From the NCBI GenBank assembly GCA_053919585.1, contig CM132827.1: 64,000 nucleotides of DNA; one strand, given 5' to 3'. The position numbers and the translations under genes were made by a program. Positions within the stretch are counted from its first letter, which is position 1; each line of letters begins with the position of its first letter. The DNA comes from Euprymna scolopes (lineage: Eukaryota). The notes beneath the pieces are model-generated. The model saw only the letters and a program-made list of their open reading frames with translations, ran no database searches and was not told where the DNA came from. This document shows, piece after piece, positions 15,001-30,000 of this stretch.

Positions 15001-18000
15001 ATCATTAAAGTTTAAAAGACATTTCAAGACGGGATCTATATGAGTGAGATCATTAAAGTTTAAAAGACATTTCAAGACGGGATCTATATGAGTGAGATCA
15101 TTAAAGTTTAAAAGACATTTCAAGACGGGATCTATATGAGTGAGATCATTAAAGTTTTAAAGACATTTCTAGTCGGAATCTATATGAGTGAGATCATTAA
15201 AGTTTAAAAGACATTTCTAGTCGGAATCTATATGAGTGAGATCATTAAAGTTTAAAAGACATTTCAAGACGGGATCTATATGAGTGAGATCATTAAAGTT
15301 TAAAAGACATTTCAAGACGGGATCTATATGAGTGAGATCATTAAAGTTTAAAAGACATTTCAAGTCGGAATCTATATGAGTGAGATCATTAAAGTTTAAA
15401 AGACATTTCTAGTCGGAATCTATATGAGTGAGATGATAAAAGTTTAAAAGACATTTCAAGTCGGAATCTATATGAGGGAGATCATTAAATTTTAAAAGAC
15501 ATTTCAAGTCGGAATCTATATGAGTGAGATCATTAAAGTTTAAAAGACATTTTAAGTCGGAATCTATATGAGTGAGATCATTAAAGTTTAAAAGACATTT
15601 CAAGTCGGAATCTATATGAGTGAGATCATTAAAGTTTAAAAGACATTTCAAGACGGGACCTATATGAGTGAGATCATTACAGTTTAAAAGACATTTTAAG
15701 TCGGAATCTATATGAGTGAGATCATTAAAGTTTAAAAGACATTTTAAGACTGGATCTATATGAGTGAGATCATTAAAGTTTAAAAGACATTTCAAGTCGG
15801 AATCTATATGAGTGAGATCATTAAAGTTTAAAAGACATTTCTAGTCGGAATCTATATGAGTGAGATCATTAAAGTTTAAAAGACATTTCAAGTCGGAATC
15901 TATATGAGTGAGATCATTAAAGTTTAAAAGACATTTCAAGTCGGAATCTATATGAGTGAGATCATTAAAGTTTAAAATACATTACAAGTCGGAATCTATA
16001 TGAGTGAGATCATTAAAGTTTAAAAGACATTTCAAGACGGGATCTATATGAGTGAGATCATTAAAGTTTAAAAGACATTTAAAGTCGGGATCTATATGAG
16101 TGAGATCATTAAAGTTTAAAAGACATTTCAAGTCGGAATCTATATGAGTGAGATCATTAAAGTTTAAAAGACATTTTACGACGGGATCTATATGAGTGAG
16201 ATCATTAAAGTTTAAAAGACATTTCAAGTCGGAATCTATATGAGTGAGATCATTAAAGTTTAAAAGACATTTCTAGTCGGAATCTATATGAGTGAGATCA
16301 TTAAAGTTTAAAAGACATTTCAAGTCGGAATCTATATTAGTGAGATCATTAACGTTTAAAATACATTTCAAGTCGGAATCTATATGAGTGAGATCATTAA
16401 AGTTTAAAAGACATTTTAAGACGGGATCTATATGAGTGAAATCATTAAAGTTTAAAAGACATTTCAAGTCGGAATCTATATGAGTGAGATCATTAAAGTT
16501 TAAAAGACATTTCAAGTCGGAATCTATATGAGTGAGATCATTAAAGTTTAAAAGACATTTCAAGTCGGAATCTATATGAGTGAGATCATTAAAGTTTAAA
16601 AGACATTTCAAGTCGGAATCTATATGAGTGAGATCATTAAAGTTTAAAAGACATTTTAAGACGGGATCTATATGAGTGAGATCATTAAAGTTTAAAAGAC
16701 ATTTCAAGTCGGAATCTATATGAGTGAGATCATTAAAGTTTAAAATACATTACAAGTCGGAATCTATATGAGTGAGATCATTAAAGTTTAAAAGACATTT
16801 CAAGACGGGATCTATATGAGTTAGATCATTAAAGTTTAAAAGACATTTAAAGACCGGATCTATATGAGTGAGATCATTAAAGTTTAAAAGCCATTTAAAG
16901 ACGGGATCTATATGAGTGAGATCATTAAAGTTTAAAAGACATTTAAAGACGAGATCTCTATTAGTGAGATCATTAAAGTTTAAAATACATTTCAAGACGG
17001 GATCTATATGAGTGAGATCATTAAAGTTTAAAAGACATTTCAAGTCGGAATCTATATGAGTGAGATCATTAAAGTTTAAAAGACATTTCAAGACGGGATC
17101 TATATGAGTGAGATCATTAAAGTTTAAAAGACATTTCAAGTCGGAATCTATATGAGTGAGATCATTAAAGTTTAAAAGACATTTCAAGTCTTAATCTATA
17201 TGCGTGAGATCATTAAAGTTTAAAAGACATTTCAAGACGGGATCTATATGAGTGAGATCATTAAAGTTTAAAAGACATTTATAGTCGGAATCTATATGAG
17301 TGAGATCATTAAAGTTTAAAAGACATTTCAAGACGGGATCTATATGAGTGAGATCATTAAAGTTTAAAAGACATGTCAAGTCGGAATCTATATGAGTGAG
17401 ATCATTAAAGTTTAAAAGACATTTCAAGTCGAAATCTATATGAGTGAGATCATTAAAGTTTGGAAGACATTTCAAGACGGAATCTATATGAGTGAGATCA
17501 TTAAAGTTTAAAAGACATTTCAAGTCGGAATCTATATGAGTGAGATCATTAAAGTTTAAAAGACATTTCAAGTCGAAATCTATATGAGTGAGATCATTAA
17601 AGTTTAAAAGACATTTCAAGACGGAATCTATATGAGTGAGATCATTAAAGTTTAAAAGACATTTCAAGTCGGAATCTATATGAGTGAGATCATTAAAGTT
17701 TAAAATACATTACAAGTCGGAATCTATATGAGTGAGATCATTAAAGTTTAAAAGACATTTCAAGACGGGATCTATATGAGTGAGATCATTAAAGTTTAAA
17801 AGACATTTAAAGTCGGGATCTATATGAGTGAGATCATTAAAGTTTAAAAGACATTTCAAGTCGGAATCTATATGAGTGAAATCATTAAAGTTTAAAAGAC
17901 ATTTTACGACGGGATCTATATGAGTGAGATCATTAAAGTTTAAAAGACATTTCAAGTCGGAATCTATATGAGTGAGATCATTAAAGTTTAAAAGACATTT

Positions 18001-21000
18001 CTAGTCGGAATCTATATGAGTGAGATCATTAAAGTTTAAAAGACATTTCAAGTCGGAATCTATATTAGTGAGATCATTAACGTTTAAAATACATTTCAAG
18101 TCGGAATCTATATGAGTGAGATCATTAAAGTTTAAAAGACATTTTAAGACGGGATCTATATGAGTGAAATCATTAAAGTTTAAAAGACATTTCAAGTCGG
18201 AATCTATATGAGTGAGATCATTAAAGTTTAAAAGACATTTCAAGTCGGAATCTATATGAGTGAGATCATTAAAGTTTAAAAGACATTTCAAGTCGGAATC
18301 TATATGAGTGAGATCATTAAAGTTTAAAAGACATTTCAAGTCGGAATCTATATGAGTGAGATCATTAAAGTTTAAAAGACATTTTAAGACGGGATCTATA
18401 TGAGTGAGATCATTAAAGTTTAAAAGACATTTCAAGTCGGAATCTATATGAGTGAGATCATTAAAGTTTAAAATACATTACAAGTCGGAATCTATATGAG
18501 TGAGATCATTAAAGTTTAAAAGACATTTCAAGACGGGATCTATATGAGTTAGATCATTAAAGTTTAAAAGACATTTAAAGACCGGATCTATATGAGTGAG
18601 ATCATTAAAGTTTAAAAGCCATTTAAAGACGGGATCTATATGAGTGAGATCATTAAAGTTTAAAAGACATTTAAAGACGAGATCTCTATTAGTGAGATCA
18701 TTAAAGTTTAAAATACATTTCAAGACGGGATCTATATGAGTGAGATCATTAAAGTTTAAAAGACATTTCAAGTCGGAATCTATATGAGTGAGATCATTAA
18801 AGTTTAAAAGACATTTCAAGACGGGATCTATATGAGTGAGATCATTAAAGTTTAAAAGACATTTCAAGTCGGAATCTATATGAGTGAGATCATTAAAGTT
18901 TAAAAGACATTTCAAGTCTTAATCTATATGCGTGAGATCATTAAAGTTTAAAAGACATTTCAAGACGGGATCTATATGAGTGAGATCATTAAAGTTTAAA
19001 AGACATTTATAGTCGGAATCTATATGAGTGAGATCATTAAAGTTTAAAAGACATTTCAAGACGGGATCTATATGAGTGAGATCATTAAAGTTTAAAAGAC
19101 ATGTCAAGTCGGAATCTATATGAGTGAGATCATTAAAGTTTAAAAGACATTTCAAGTCGAAATCTATATGAGTGAGATCATTAAAGTTTGAAAGACATTT
19201 CAAGACGGAATCTATATGAGTGAGATCATTAAAGTTTAAAAGACATTTCAAGTCGGAATCTATATGAGTGAGATCATTAAAGTTTAAAAGACATTTCAAG
19301 TCGAAATCTATATGAGTGAGATCATTAAAGTTTAAAAGACATTTCAAGACGGAATCTATATGAGTGAGATCATTAAAGTTTGAAAGACATTTCAAGACGG
19401 GATCTATATGAGTGAGATCATTAAAGTTTAAAAGACATTTAAAGATGGGATCAATATGAGTGAGATCATTTAAGTTTAAAAGACATTTAAAGACGGGATC
19501 TATATGAGTGAGATCATTAAAATTTAAAAGACATTTCAAGTCGGAATCTATAAGGGTGAGATCATTAAAGTTTAAAAGACATTTCAAGTCGGAATCTATA
19601 TGGGTGAGATCATTAAAGTTTAAAAGACATTTCAAGTCGGAATCTATATGAGTGAGATCATTAAAGTTTAAAAGACATTTAAAGTCGGAATCTATATGAG
19701 TGAGATCATTAAAATTTAAAAGACATTTCAAGTCGGAATCTATATGAGTGAGATAATTAAAGTTTAAAAGACATTTCAAGTCGGAATCTATATGAGTGAG
19801 ATCATTAAAGTTTAAAAGACATTTCAAGACGGGATCTATATGAGTGAGATCATTAAAGTTTAAAAGACATTTCAAGACGGGAACTATAATAGTGAGATCA
19901 TTAAAATTTAAAAGACATTTCAAGTCGGAATCTATATGAGTGAGATCATTAAAGTTTAAAAGACATTTCAAGACGGGATCTATATGAGTGAGATCATTAA
20001 AGTTTAAAAGATATTTCAAGTCGGAATCTATATGAGTGAGATAATCAAAGTTTAAAAGACATTTCAAGACGGGATCTATATGAGTGAGATCATTAAAGTT
20101 TAAAAGACATTTCAAGTCGGAATCTATATGAGTGAGATCATCAAAGATTAAAAGACATTTAAAGACGGGATCTATATGAGTGAGATCATTAAAGTTTAAA
20201 AGACATTTCAAGTCGGAATCTATATGAGTGAGATCATTAAAGTTTAAAAGACATTTCAAGTCGGAATCTATATGAGTGAGATCATTAAAATTTAAAAGAC
20301 ATTTCAAGACGGGATCTATATAAGTGAGATCATAAAAGTTTAAAAGACATTTCAAGACGGGATCTATATGAGTGAGATCATTAAAGTTTAAAAGACATTT
20401 CAAGACGGAATCTATATGAGTGAGATCATTAAAGTTTAAAAGACATTTCAAGTCGGAATCTATATGAGTGAGATCATTAAACTTTAAAAGACATTTCAAG
20501 TCGGAATCTATATGAGTGAGATCATTAAAGTTTAAAAGACATTTCAAGTCGGAATCTATATGAGTGAGATCATTAAAATTTAAAAGACATTTCTAGTCGG
20601 AATCTATATGAGTGAGATCATTAAAGTTTAAAAGACATTTCAAGTCGGAATCTATATGAGTGAGATCATTAAAGTTTAAAAGACATTTCAAGACGGGATC
20701 TATATAAGTGAGATCATTAAAGTTTAAAAGACATTTCAAGTCGGAATCTATATGAGTGAGATCATTAAAGTTTAAAAGACATTTCAAGACGGGATCTATA
20801 TAAGTGAGATCATTAAAGTTTAAAAGACATTTCAAGTCGGAATCTCTATGAGTGAGATCATTAAAGTTTAAAAGACATTTCAAGTCGGAATCTATATGAG
20901 TGAGATCATTAAAGTTTAAAAGACATTTCAAGACGGGATCTATATGAGTGAGATCATTAAAGTTTAAAAGACATTTCAAGTCGGAATCTATATGAGTGAG

Positions 21001-24000
21001 ATCATTAAAATTAAAAAGACCTTTAAAGACGGGATCTATATGAGTGAGATCATTACAGTTTAAAAGACATTTCAAGTCGGAATCTATATGAGTGAGATCA
21101 TAAAAGTTTAAAAGACATTTAAAGACGGGATCTATATGAGTGAGATCATTAAAGTTTAAAAGACATTTAAAGTCGGAATCTATATGAGTGAGATCATTAA
21201 AGTTTAAAAGACATTTCAAGACGGGATCTATATGAGTGAGATCATTAAAGTTTAAAAGACATTTCAAGTCGGAATCTATATGAGTGAGATCATAAAAGTT
21301 TAATAGACATTTCAAGATGGAATCTATATGAGTGAGATCATTAAAGTTTAAAAGACATTTCAAGTCGGAATCTATATGAGTGAGATCATAAAAGTTTAAA
21401 AGACATTTCTAGTCGGAATCTATATGGGTGAGATCATTAAAGTGTAAAAGACATTTAAAGTCGGGATCTATATGAGTGAGATCATTAAAGTTTAAAAGAC
21501 ATTTCAAGTCGGAATCTATATGAGTGAGATAATTAAAGTTTAAAAGACATTTCAAGTCGGAATCTATATGAGTGAGATCATTAAAATTTAAAAGACATTT
21601 CAAGTCGGAATCTATATGAGTGAGATCATTAAAGTTTAAAAGACATTTCAAGTCGGAATCTATATGAGTGAGATCATTAAAGTTTAAAATACATTTACAA
21701 GTCGGAATCTATATGAGTGAGATCATTAAAATTTAAAAGACATTTCAAGTCGGAATCTATATGGGTGAGATCATTAAAGTTTAAAAGACATTTCAAGTCG
21801 GAATCTATATGAGTGAGATCATTAAAGTTTAAAAGACATTTCTAGTCGGAATCTATATGAGTGAGATCATTAAAGTTTAAAAGACATTTCAAGTCGGAAT
21901 CTATATGAGTGAGATCATTAAAATTTAAAAGACATTTCTAGTCGGAATCTATATGAGTGAGATCATTAAAGTTTAAAAGACATTTCAAGTCGGAATCTAT
22001 ATGAGTGAGATCATTAAAGTTTAAAAGACATTTCAAGACGGGATCTATATAAGTGAGATCATTAAAGTTTAAAAGACATTTCAAGTCGGAATCTATATGA
22101 GTGAGATCATTAAAGTTTAAAAGACATTTCAAGACGGGATCTATATAAGTGAGATCATTAAAGTTTAAAAGACATTTCAAGTCGGAATCTATATGAGTGA
22201 GATCATTAAAGTTTAAAAGACATTTCAAGTCGGAATCTATATGAGTGAGATCATTAAAGTTTAAAAGACATTTCAAGACGGAATCTATATGAGTGAGATC
22301 ATTAAAGTTTAAAAGACATTTCAAGTCGGAATCTATATGAGTGAGATCATTAAAATTAAAAAGACCTTTAAAGACGGGATCTATATGAGTGAGATCATTA
22401 CAGTTTAAAAGACATTTCAAGTCGGAATCTATATGAGTGAGATCATAAAAGTTTAAAAGACATTTGAAGACGGGATCTATATGAGTGAGATCATTAAAGG
22501 TTAAAAGACATTTCAAGTCGGAATCTATATGAGTGAGATCATTAAAGTTTAAAAGACATTTCAAGACGGGATCTATATGAGTGAGATCATTAAAGTTTAA
22601 AAGACATTTCAAGTCGGAATCTATATGAGTGAGATCATTAAAGTTTAAAAGACATTTCAAGACGGGATCTATATGAGTGAGATCATTAAAGTTTAAAAGA
22701 CATTTCAAGTCGGAATCTATATGAGTGAGATCATTAAAGTTTAAAAGACATTTCAAGTCTTAATCTATATGCGTGAGATCATTAAAGTTTAAAAGACATT
22801 TCAAGACGGGATCTATATGAGTGAGATCATTAAAGTTTAAAAGACATTTATAGTCGGAATCTATATGAGTGAGATCATTAAAGTTTAAAAGACATTTCAA
22901 GACGGGATCTATATGAGTGAGATCATTAAAGTTTAAAAGACATGTCAAGTCGGAATCTATATGAGTGAGATCATTAAAGTTTAAAAGACATTTCAAGTCG
23001 AAATCTATATGAGTGAGATCATTAAAGTTTGAAAGACATTTCAAGACGGAATCTATATGAGTGAGATCATTAAAGTTTAAAAGACATTTCAAGTCGGAAT
23101 CTATATGAGTGAGATCATTAAAGTTTAAAAGACATTTCAAGTCGAAATCTATATGAGTGAGATCATTAAAGTTTAAAAGACATTTCAAGACGGAATCTAT
23201 ATGAGTGAGATCATTAAAGTTTGAAAGACATTTCAAGACGGGATCTATATGAGTGAGATCATTAAAGTTTAAAAGACATTTAAAGATGGGATCAATATGA
23301 GTGAGATCATTTAAGTTTAAAAGACATTTAAAGACGGGATCTATATGAGTGAGATCATTAAAATTTAAAAGACATTTCAAGTCGGAATCTATAAGGGTGA
23401 GATCATTAAAGTTTAAAAGACATTTCAAGTCGGAATCTATATGGGTGAGATCATTAAAGTTTAAAAGACATTTCAAGTCGGAATCTATATGAGTGAGATC
23501 ATTAAAGTTTAAAAGACATTTAAAGTCGGAATCTATATGAGTGAGATCATTAAAATTTAAAAGACATTTCAAGTCGGAATCTATATGAGTGAGATAATTA
23601 AAGTTTAAAAGACATTTCAAGTCGGAATCTATATGAGTGAGATCATTAAAGTTTAAAAGACATTTCAAGACGGGATCTATATGAGTGAGATCATTAAAGT
23701 TTAAAAGACATTTCAAGACGGGAACTATAATAGTGAGATCATTAAAATTTAAAAGACATTTCAAGTCGGAATCTATATGAGTGAGATCATTAAAGTTTAA
23801 AAGACATTTCAAGACGGGATCTATATGAGTGAGATCATTAAAGTTTAAAAGATATTTCAAGTCGGAATCTATATGAGTGAGATAATCAAAGTTTAAAAGA
23901 CATTTCAAGACGGGATCTATATGAGTGAGATCATTAAAGTTTAAAAGACATTTCAAGTCGGAATCTATATGAGTGAGATCATCAAAGATTAAAAGACATT

Positions 24001-27000
24001 TAAAGACGGGATCTATATGAGTGAGATCATTAAAGTTTAAAAGACATTTCAAGTCGGAATCTATATGAGTGAGATCATTAAAGTTTAAAAGACATTTCAA
24101 GTCGGAATCTATATGAGTGAGATCATTAAAATTTAAAAGACATTTCAAGACGGGATCTATATAAGTGAGATCATAAAAGTTTAAAAGACATTTCAAGACG
24201 GGATCTATATGAGTGAGATCATTAAAGTTTAAAAGACATTTCAAGACGGAATCTATATGAGTGAGATCATTAAAGTTTAAAAGACATTTCAAGTCGGAAT
24301 CTATATGAGTGAGATCATTAAACTTTAAAAGACATTTCAAGTCGGAATCTATATGAGTGAGATCATTAAAGTTTAAAAGACATTTCAAGTCGGAATCTAT
24401 ATGAGTGAGATCATTAAAATTTAAAAGACATTTCTAGTCGGAATCTATATGAGTGAGATCATTAAAGTTTAAAAGACATTTCAAGTCGGAATCTATATGA
24501 GTGAGATCATTAAAGTTTAAAAGACATTTCAAGACGGGATCTATATAAGTGAGATCATTAAAGTTTAAAAGACATTTCAAGTCGGAATCTATATGAGTGA
24601 GATCATTAAAGTTTAAAAGACATTTCAAGACGGGATCTATATAAGTGAGATCATTAAAGTTTAAAAGACATTTCAAGTCGGAATCTCTATGAGTGAGATC
24701 ATTAAAGTTTAAAAGACATTTCAAGTCGGAATCTATATGAGTGAGATCATTAAAGTTTAAAAGACATTTCAAGACGGGATCTATATGAGTGAGATCATTA
24801 AAGTTTAAAAGACATTTCAAGTCGGAATCTATATGAGTGAGATCATTAAAATTAAAAAGACCTTTAAAGACGGGATCTATATGAGTGAGATCATTACAGT
24901 TTAAAAGACATTTCAAGTCGGAATCTATATGAGTGAGATCATAAAAGTTTAAAAGACATTTAAAGACGGGATCTATATGAGTGAGATCATTAAAGTTTAA
25001 AAGACATTTAAAGTCGGAATCTATATGAGTGAGATCATTAAAGTTTAAAAGACATTTCAAGACGGGATCTATATGAGTGAGATCATTAAAGTTTAAAAGA
25101 CATTTCAAGTCGGAATCTATATGAGTGAGATCATAAAAGTTTAATAGACATTTCAAGATGGAATCTATATGAGTGAGATCATTAAAGTTTAAAAGACATT
25201 TCAAGTCGGAATCTATATGAGTGAGATCATAAAAGTTTAAAAGACATTTCTAGTCGGAATCTATATGGGTGAGATCATTAAAGTGTAAAAGACATTTAAA
25301 GTCGGGATCTATATGAGTGAGATCATTAAAGTTTAAAAGACATTTCAAGTCGGAATCTATATGAGTGAGATAATTAAAGTTTAAAAGACATTTCAAGTCG
25401 GAATCTATATGAGTGAGATCATTAAAATTTAAAAGACATTTCAAGTCGGAATCTATATGAGTGAGATCATTAAAGTTTAAAAGACATTTCAAGTCGGAAT
25501 CTATATGAGTGAGATCATTAAAGTTTAAAATACATTTACAAGTCGGAATCTATATGAGTGAGATCATTAAAATTTAAAAGACATTTCAAGTCGGAATCTA
25601 TATGGGTGAGATCATTAAAGTTTAAAAGACATTTCAAGTCGGAATCTATATGAGTGAGATCATTAAAGTTTAAAAGACATTTCTAGTCGGAATCTATATG
25701 AGTGAGATCATTAAAGTTTAAAAGACATTTCAAGTCGGAATCTATATGAGTGAGATCATTAAAATTTAAAAGACATTTCTAGTCGGAATCTATATGAGTG
25801 AGATCATTAAAGTTTAAAAGACATTTCAAGTCGGAATCTATATGAGTGAGATCATTAAAGTTTAAAAGACATTTCAAGACGGGATCTATATAAGTGAGAT
25901 CATTAAAGTTTAAAAGACATTTCAAGTCGGAATCTATATGAGTGAGATCATTAAAGTTTAAAAGACATTTCAAGACGGGATCTATATAAGTGAGATCATT
26001 AAAGTTTAAAAGACATTTCAAGTCGGAATCTATATGAGTGAGATCATTAAAGTTTAAAAGACATTTCAAGTCGGAATCTATATGAGTGAGATCATTAAAG
26101 TTTAAAAGACATTTCAAGACGGGATCTATATGAGTGAGATCATTAAAGTTTAAAAGACATTTCAAGTCGGAATCTATATGAGTGAGATCATTAAAATTAA
26201 AAAGACCTTTAAAGACGGGATCTATATGAGTGAGATCATTACAGTTTAAAAGACATTTCAAGTCGGAATCTATATGAGTGAGATCATAAAAGTTTAAAAG
26301 ACATTTGAAGACGGGATCTATATGAGTGAGATCATTAAAGGTTAAAAGACATTTCAAGTCGGAATCTATATGAGTGAGATCATTAAAGTTTAAAAGACAT
26401 TTCAAGACGGGATCTATATGAGTGAGATCATTAAAGTTTAAAAGACATTTCAAGTCGGAATCTATATGAGTGAGATCATAAAAGTTTAATAGACATTTCA
26501 AGATGGAATCTATATGAGTGAGATCATTAAAGTTTAAAAGACATTTCAAGTCGGAATCTATATGAGTGAGATCATAAAAGTTTAAAAGACATTTCTAGTC
26601 GGAATCTATATGGGTGAGATCATTAAAGTGTAAAAGACATTTAAAGTCGGGATCTATATGAGTGAGATCATTAAAGTTTAAAAGACATTTCAAGTCGGAA
26701 TCTATATGAGTGAGATCATTAAAGTTTAAAAGACATTTAAACTTGGGATCTATATGAGTGAGATCATTAAAGTTTAAAAGACATTTCAAGACTGGATCCA
26801 TATGAGTGAGATCGTTAAAGTTTTAAAGACATTTCAAGTCGGAATCTATATGAGTGAGATCATTAAAGTTTAAAAGACATTTCAAGACGGGATCTATATG
26901 AGTGAGATCATTAAAGTTTAAAAGACATTTCAAGACGGGATCTATATGAGTGAGATCATTATAATTTAAAAGACATTTCAAGACGGGATCTATATGAGTG

Positions 27001-30000
27001 AGATCATTAAAGTTTAAAAGACATTTAAAGATGGGATCAATATGAGTGAGATCATTAAAGTTTAAAAGACATTTCAAGACGGGATCTATATGAGTGAGAT
27101 GATTAAAGTTTAAAAGACATTTCAAGACGGGATCTATATGAGTGAGATCATTAAAGTTTAAAAGACATTTAAAGATGGGATCTATATGAGTGAGATCATT
27201 AAAGTTTAAAAGACATTTCAAGACGGAATCTATATGAGTGAGATCATTAAAGTTTAAAAGACATTTCAAGAATGGATCTATATGAGTGAGATCATTAAAG
27301 TTTAAAAGACATTTCAAGTCGGAATCTATATGAGTGAGATCATTAAAATTTAAAAGACATTTCAAGTCGGAATCTATATGAGTGAGATCATTAAAGTTTA
27401 AAAGACATTTCAAGTCGGAATCTATATGAGTGAGATCATTACAGTTTAAAAGACATTTCAAGACGGGATCTATATGAGTGAGATCATTAAAGTTTAAAAG
27501 ACATTTAAAGATGGGATCAATATGAGTGAGATCATTAAAGTTAAAAAGACATTTAAAGACGGGATCTATATGAGTGAGATCATTAAAGTTTAAAAGATAT
27601 TTCAAGTCGGAATCTATATGAGTGAGATCATCAAAGTTTAAAAGACATTTAAAGACGGGATCTATATGAGTGAGATCATTAAAGTTTAAAAGACATTTCA
27701 AGTCGGAATCTATATGAGTGAGATCATCAAAGTTTAAAAGACATTTAAAGACGGGATCTATATGAGTGAGATCATTAAAGTTTAAAAGACATTTCAAGTC
27801 GGAATCTATATGAGTGAGATCATTAAAATTTAAAAGACATTTCAAGACGGGATCTATATGAGTGAGATCATTAAAGTTTAAAAGACATTTCAAGACGGGA
27901 TCTATATGAGTGAGATCATTAAAGTTTAAAAGACATTTCAAGACGGAATCTATATGAGTGAGATCATTAAAGTTTAAAAGACATTTCAAGTCGGAATCTA
28001 TATGAGTGAGATCATTAAACTTTAAAAGACATTTCAAGTCGGAATCTATATGAGTGAGATCATTAAAGTTTAAAAGACATTTCAAGTCGGAATCTATATG
28101 AGTGAGATCATTAAAATTTAAAAGACATTTCTAGTCGGAATCTATATGAGTGAGATCATTAAAGTTTAAAAGACATTTCAAGTCGGAATCTATATGAGTG
28201 AGATCATTAAAGTTTAAAAGACATTTCAAGACGGGATCTATATAAGTGAGATCATTAAAGTTTAAAAGACATTTCAAGTCGGAATCTATATGAGTGAGAT
28301 CATTAAAGTTTAAAAGACATTTCAAGACGGGATCTATATAAGTGAGATCATTAAAGTTTAAAAGACATTTCAAGTCGGAATCTATATGAGTGAGATCATT
28401 AAAGTTTAAAAGACATTTCAAGTCGGAATCTATATGAGTGAGATCATTAAAGTTTTAAAGACATTTCAAGACGGGATCTATATGAGTGAGATCATTAAAG
28501 TTTAAAAGACATTTCAAGTCGGAATCTATATGAGTGAGATCATTAAAATTAAAAAGACCTTTAAAGACGGGATCTATATGAGTGAGATCATTACAGTTTA
28601 AAAGACATTTCAAGACGGGATCTATATGAGTGAGATCATTAAAATTTAAAAGACATTTCAAGACGGGATCTATATGAGTGAGATCATTAAAGTTTAAAAG
28701 ACATTTAAAGATGGGATCAATATGAGTGAGATCATTAAAGTTTAAAAGACATTTCAAGACGGGATCTATATGAGTGAGATGATTAAAGTTTAAAAGACAT
28801 TTCAAGACGGGATCTATATGAGTGAGATCATTAAAGTTTAAAAGACATTTAAAGATGGGATCTATATGAGTGAGATCATTAAAGTTTAAAAGACATTTCA
28901 AGACGGAATCTATATGAGTGAGATCATTAAAGTTTAAAAGACATTTCAAGACGGGATCTATATGAGTGAGATCATTAAAGTTTAAAAGACATTTCAAGTC
29001 GGAATCTATATGAGTGAGATCATTAAAATTTAAAAGACATTTCAAGTCGGAATCTATATGAGTGAGATCATTAAAGTTTAAAAGACATTTCAAGTCGGAA
29101 TCTATATGAGTGAGATCATAAAAGTTTAAAAGACATTTCAAGAGTGGATCTATATGAGTGAGATCATTAAAGTTTAAAAGACATTTCAAGTCGGAATCTA
29201 TATGAGTGAGATCATTAAAGTTTAAAAGACATTTCAAGACGGGATCTATATGAGTGAGATCATTAAAGTTTAAAAGACATTTAAAGATGGGATCAATATG
29301 AGTGAGATCATTAAAGTTTAAAAGACATTTCAAGACGGGATCTATATAAGTGAGATCATTAAAGTTTAAAAGACATTTCAAGTCGGAATCTATATGTGTG
29401 AGATCATTAAAGTTTAAAAGACATTTCAAGTCGGAATCTATATGGGTGAGATCATTAAAGTTTAAAAGACATTTCTAGTCGGAATCTATATGAGTGAGAT
29501 CATTAAAGTTTAAAAGACATTTCAAGTCGGAATCTATATTAGTGAGATCATCAAAGTTTAAAAGACATTTCAAGACGGGATCTATATGAGTGAGATCATT
29601 AAAGTTTAAAAGACATTTCAAGTCGAAGTCTATATGGGTGAGATCATTAAAGTTTAAAAGACATTTCAAGTCGGAATCTATATGAGTGAGATCATTAAAG
29701 TTTAAAAGACATTTCAAGACGGGATCTATATGAGTGAGATCATTAAAATTTAAAAGACATTTCAAGTCGGAATCTATATGGGTGAGATCATTAAAGTTTA
29801 AAAGACATTTCAAGTCGGAATCTATATTAGTGAGATCATTAAAGTTTAAAAGACATTTCAAGTCAGGATCTATATGAGTGAGATCATTAAAGTTTAAAAG
29901 ACATTTCTAGTCGGAATCTATATGAGTGAGATCATTAAAATTTAAAAGACATTTCAAGTCGGAATCTATATGAGTGAGATCATTAAAGTTTAAAAGACAT

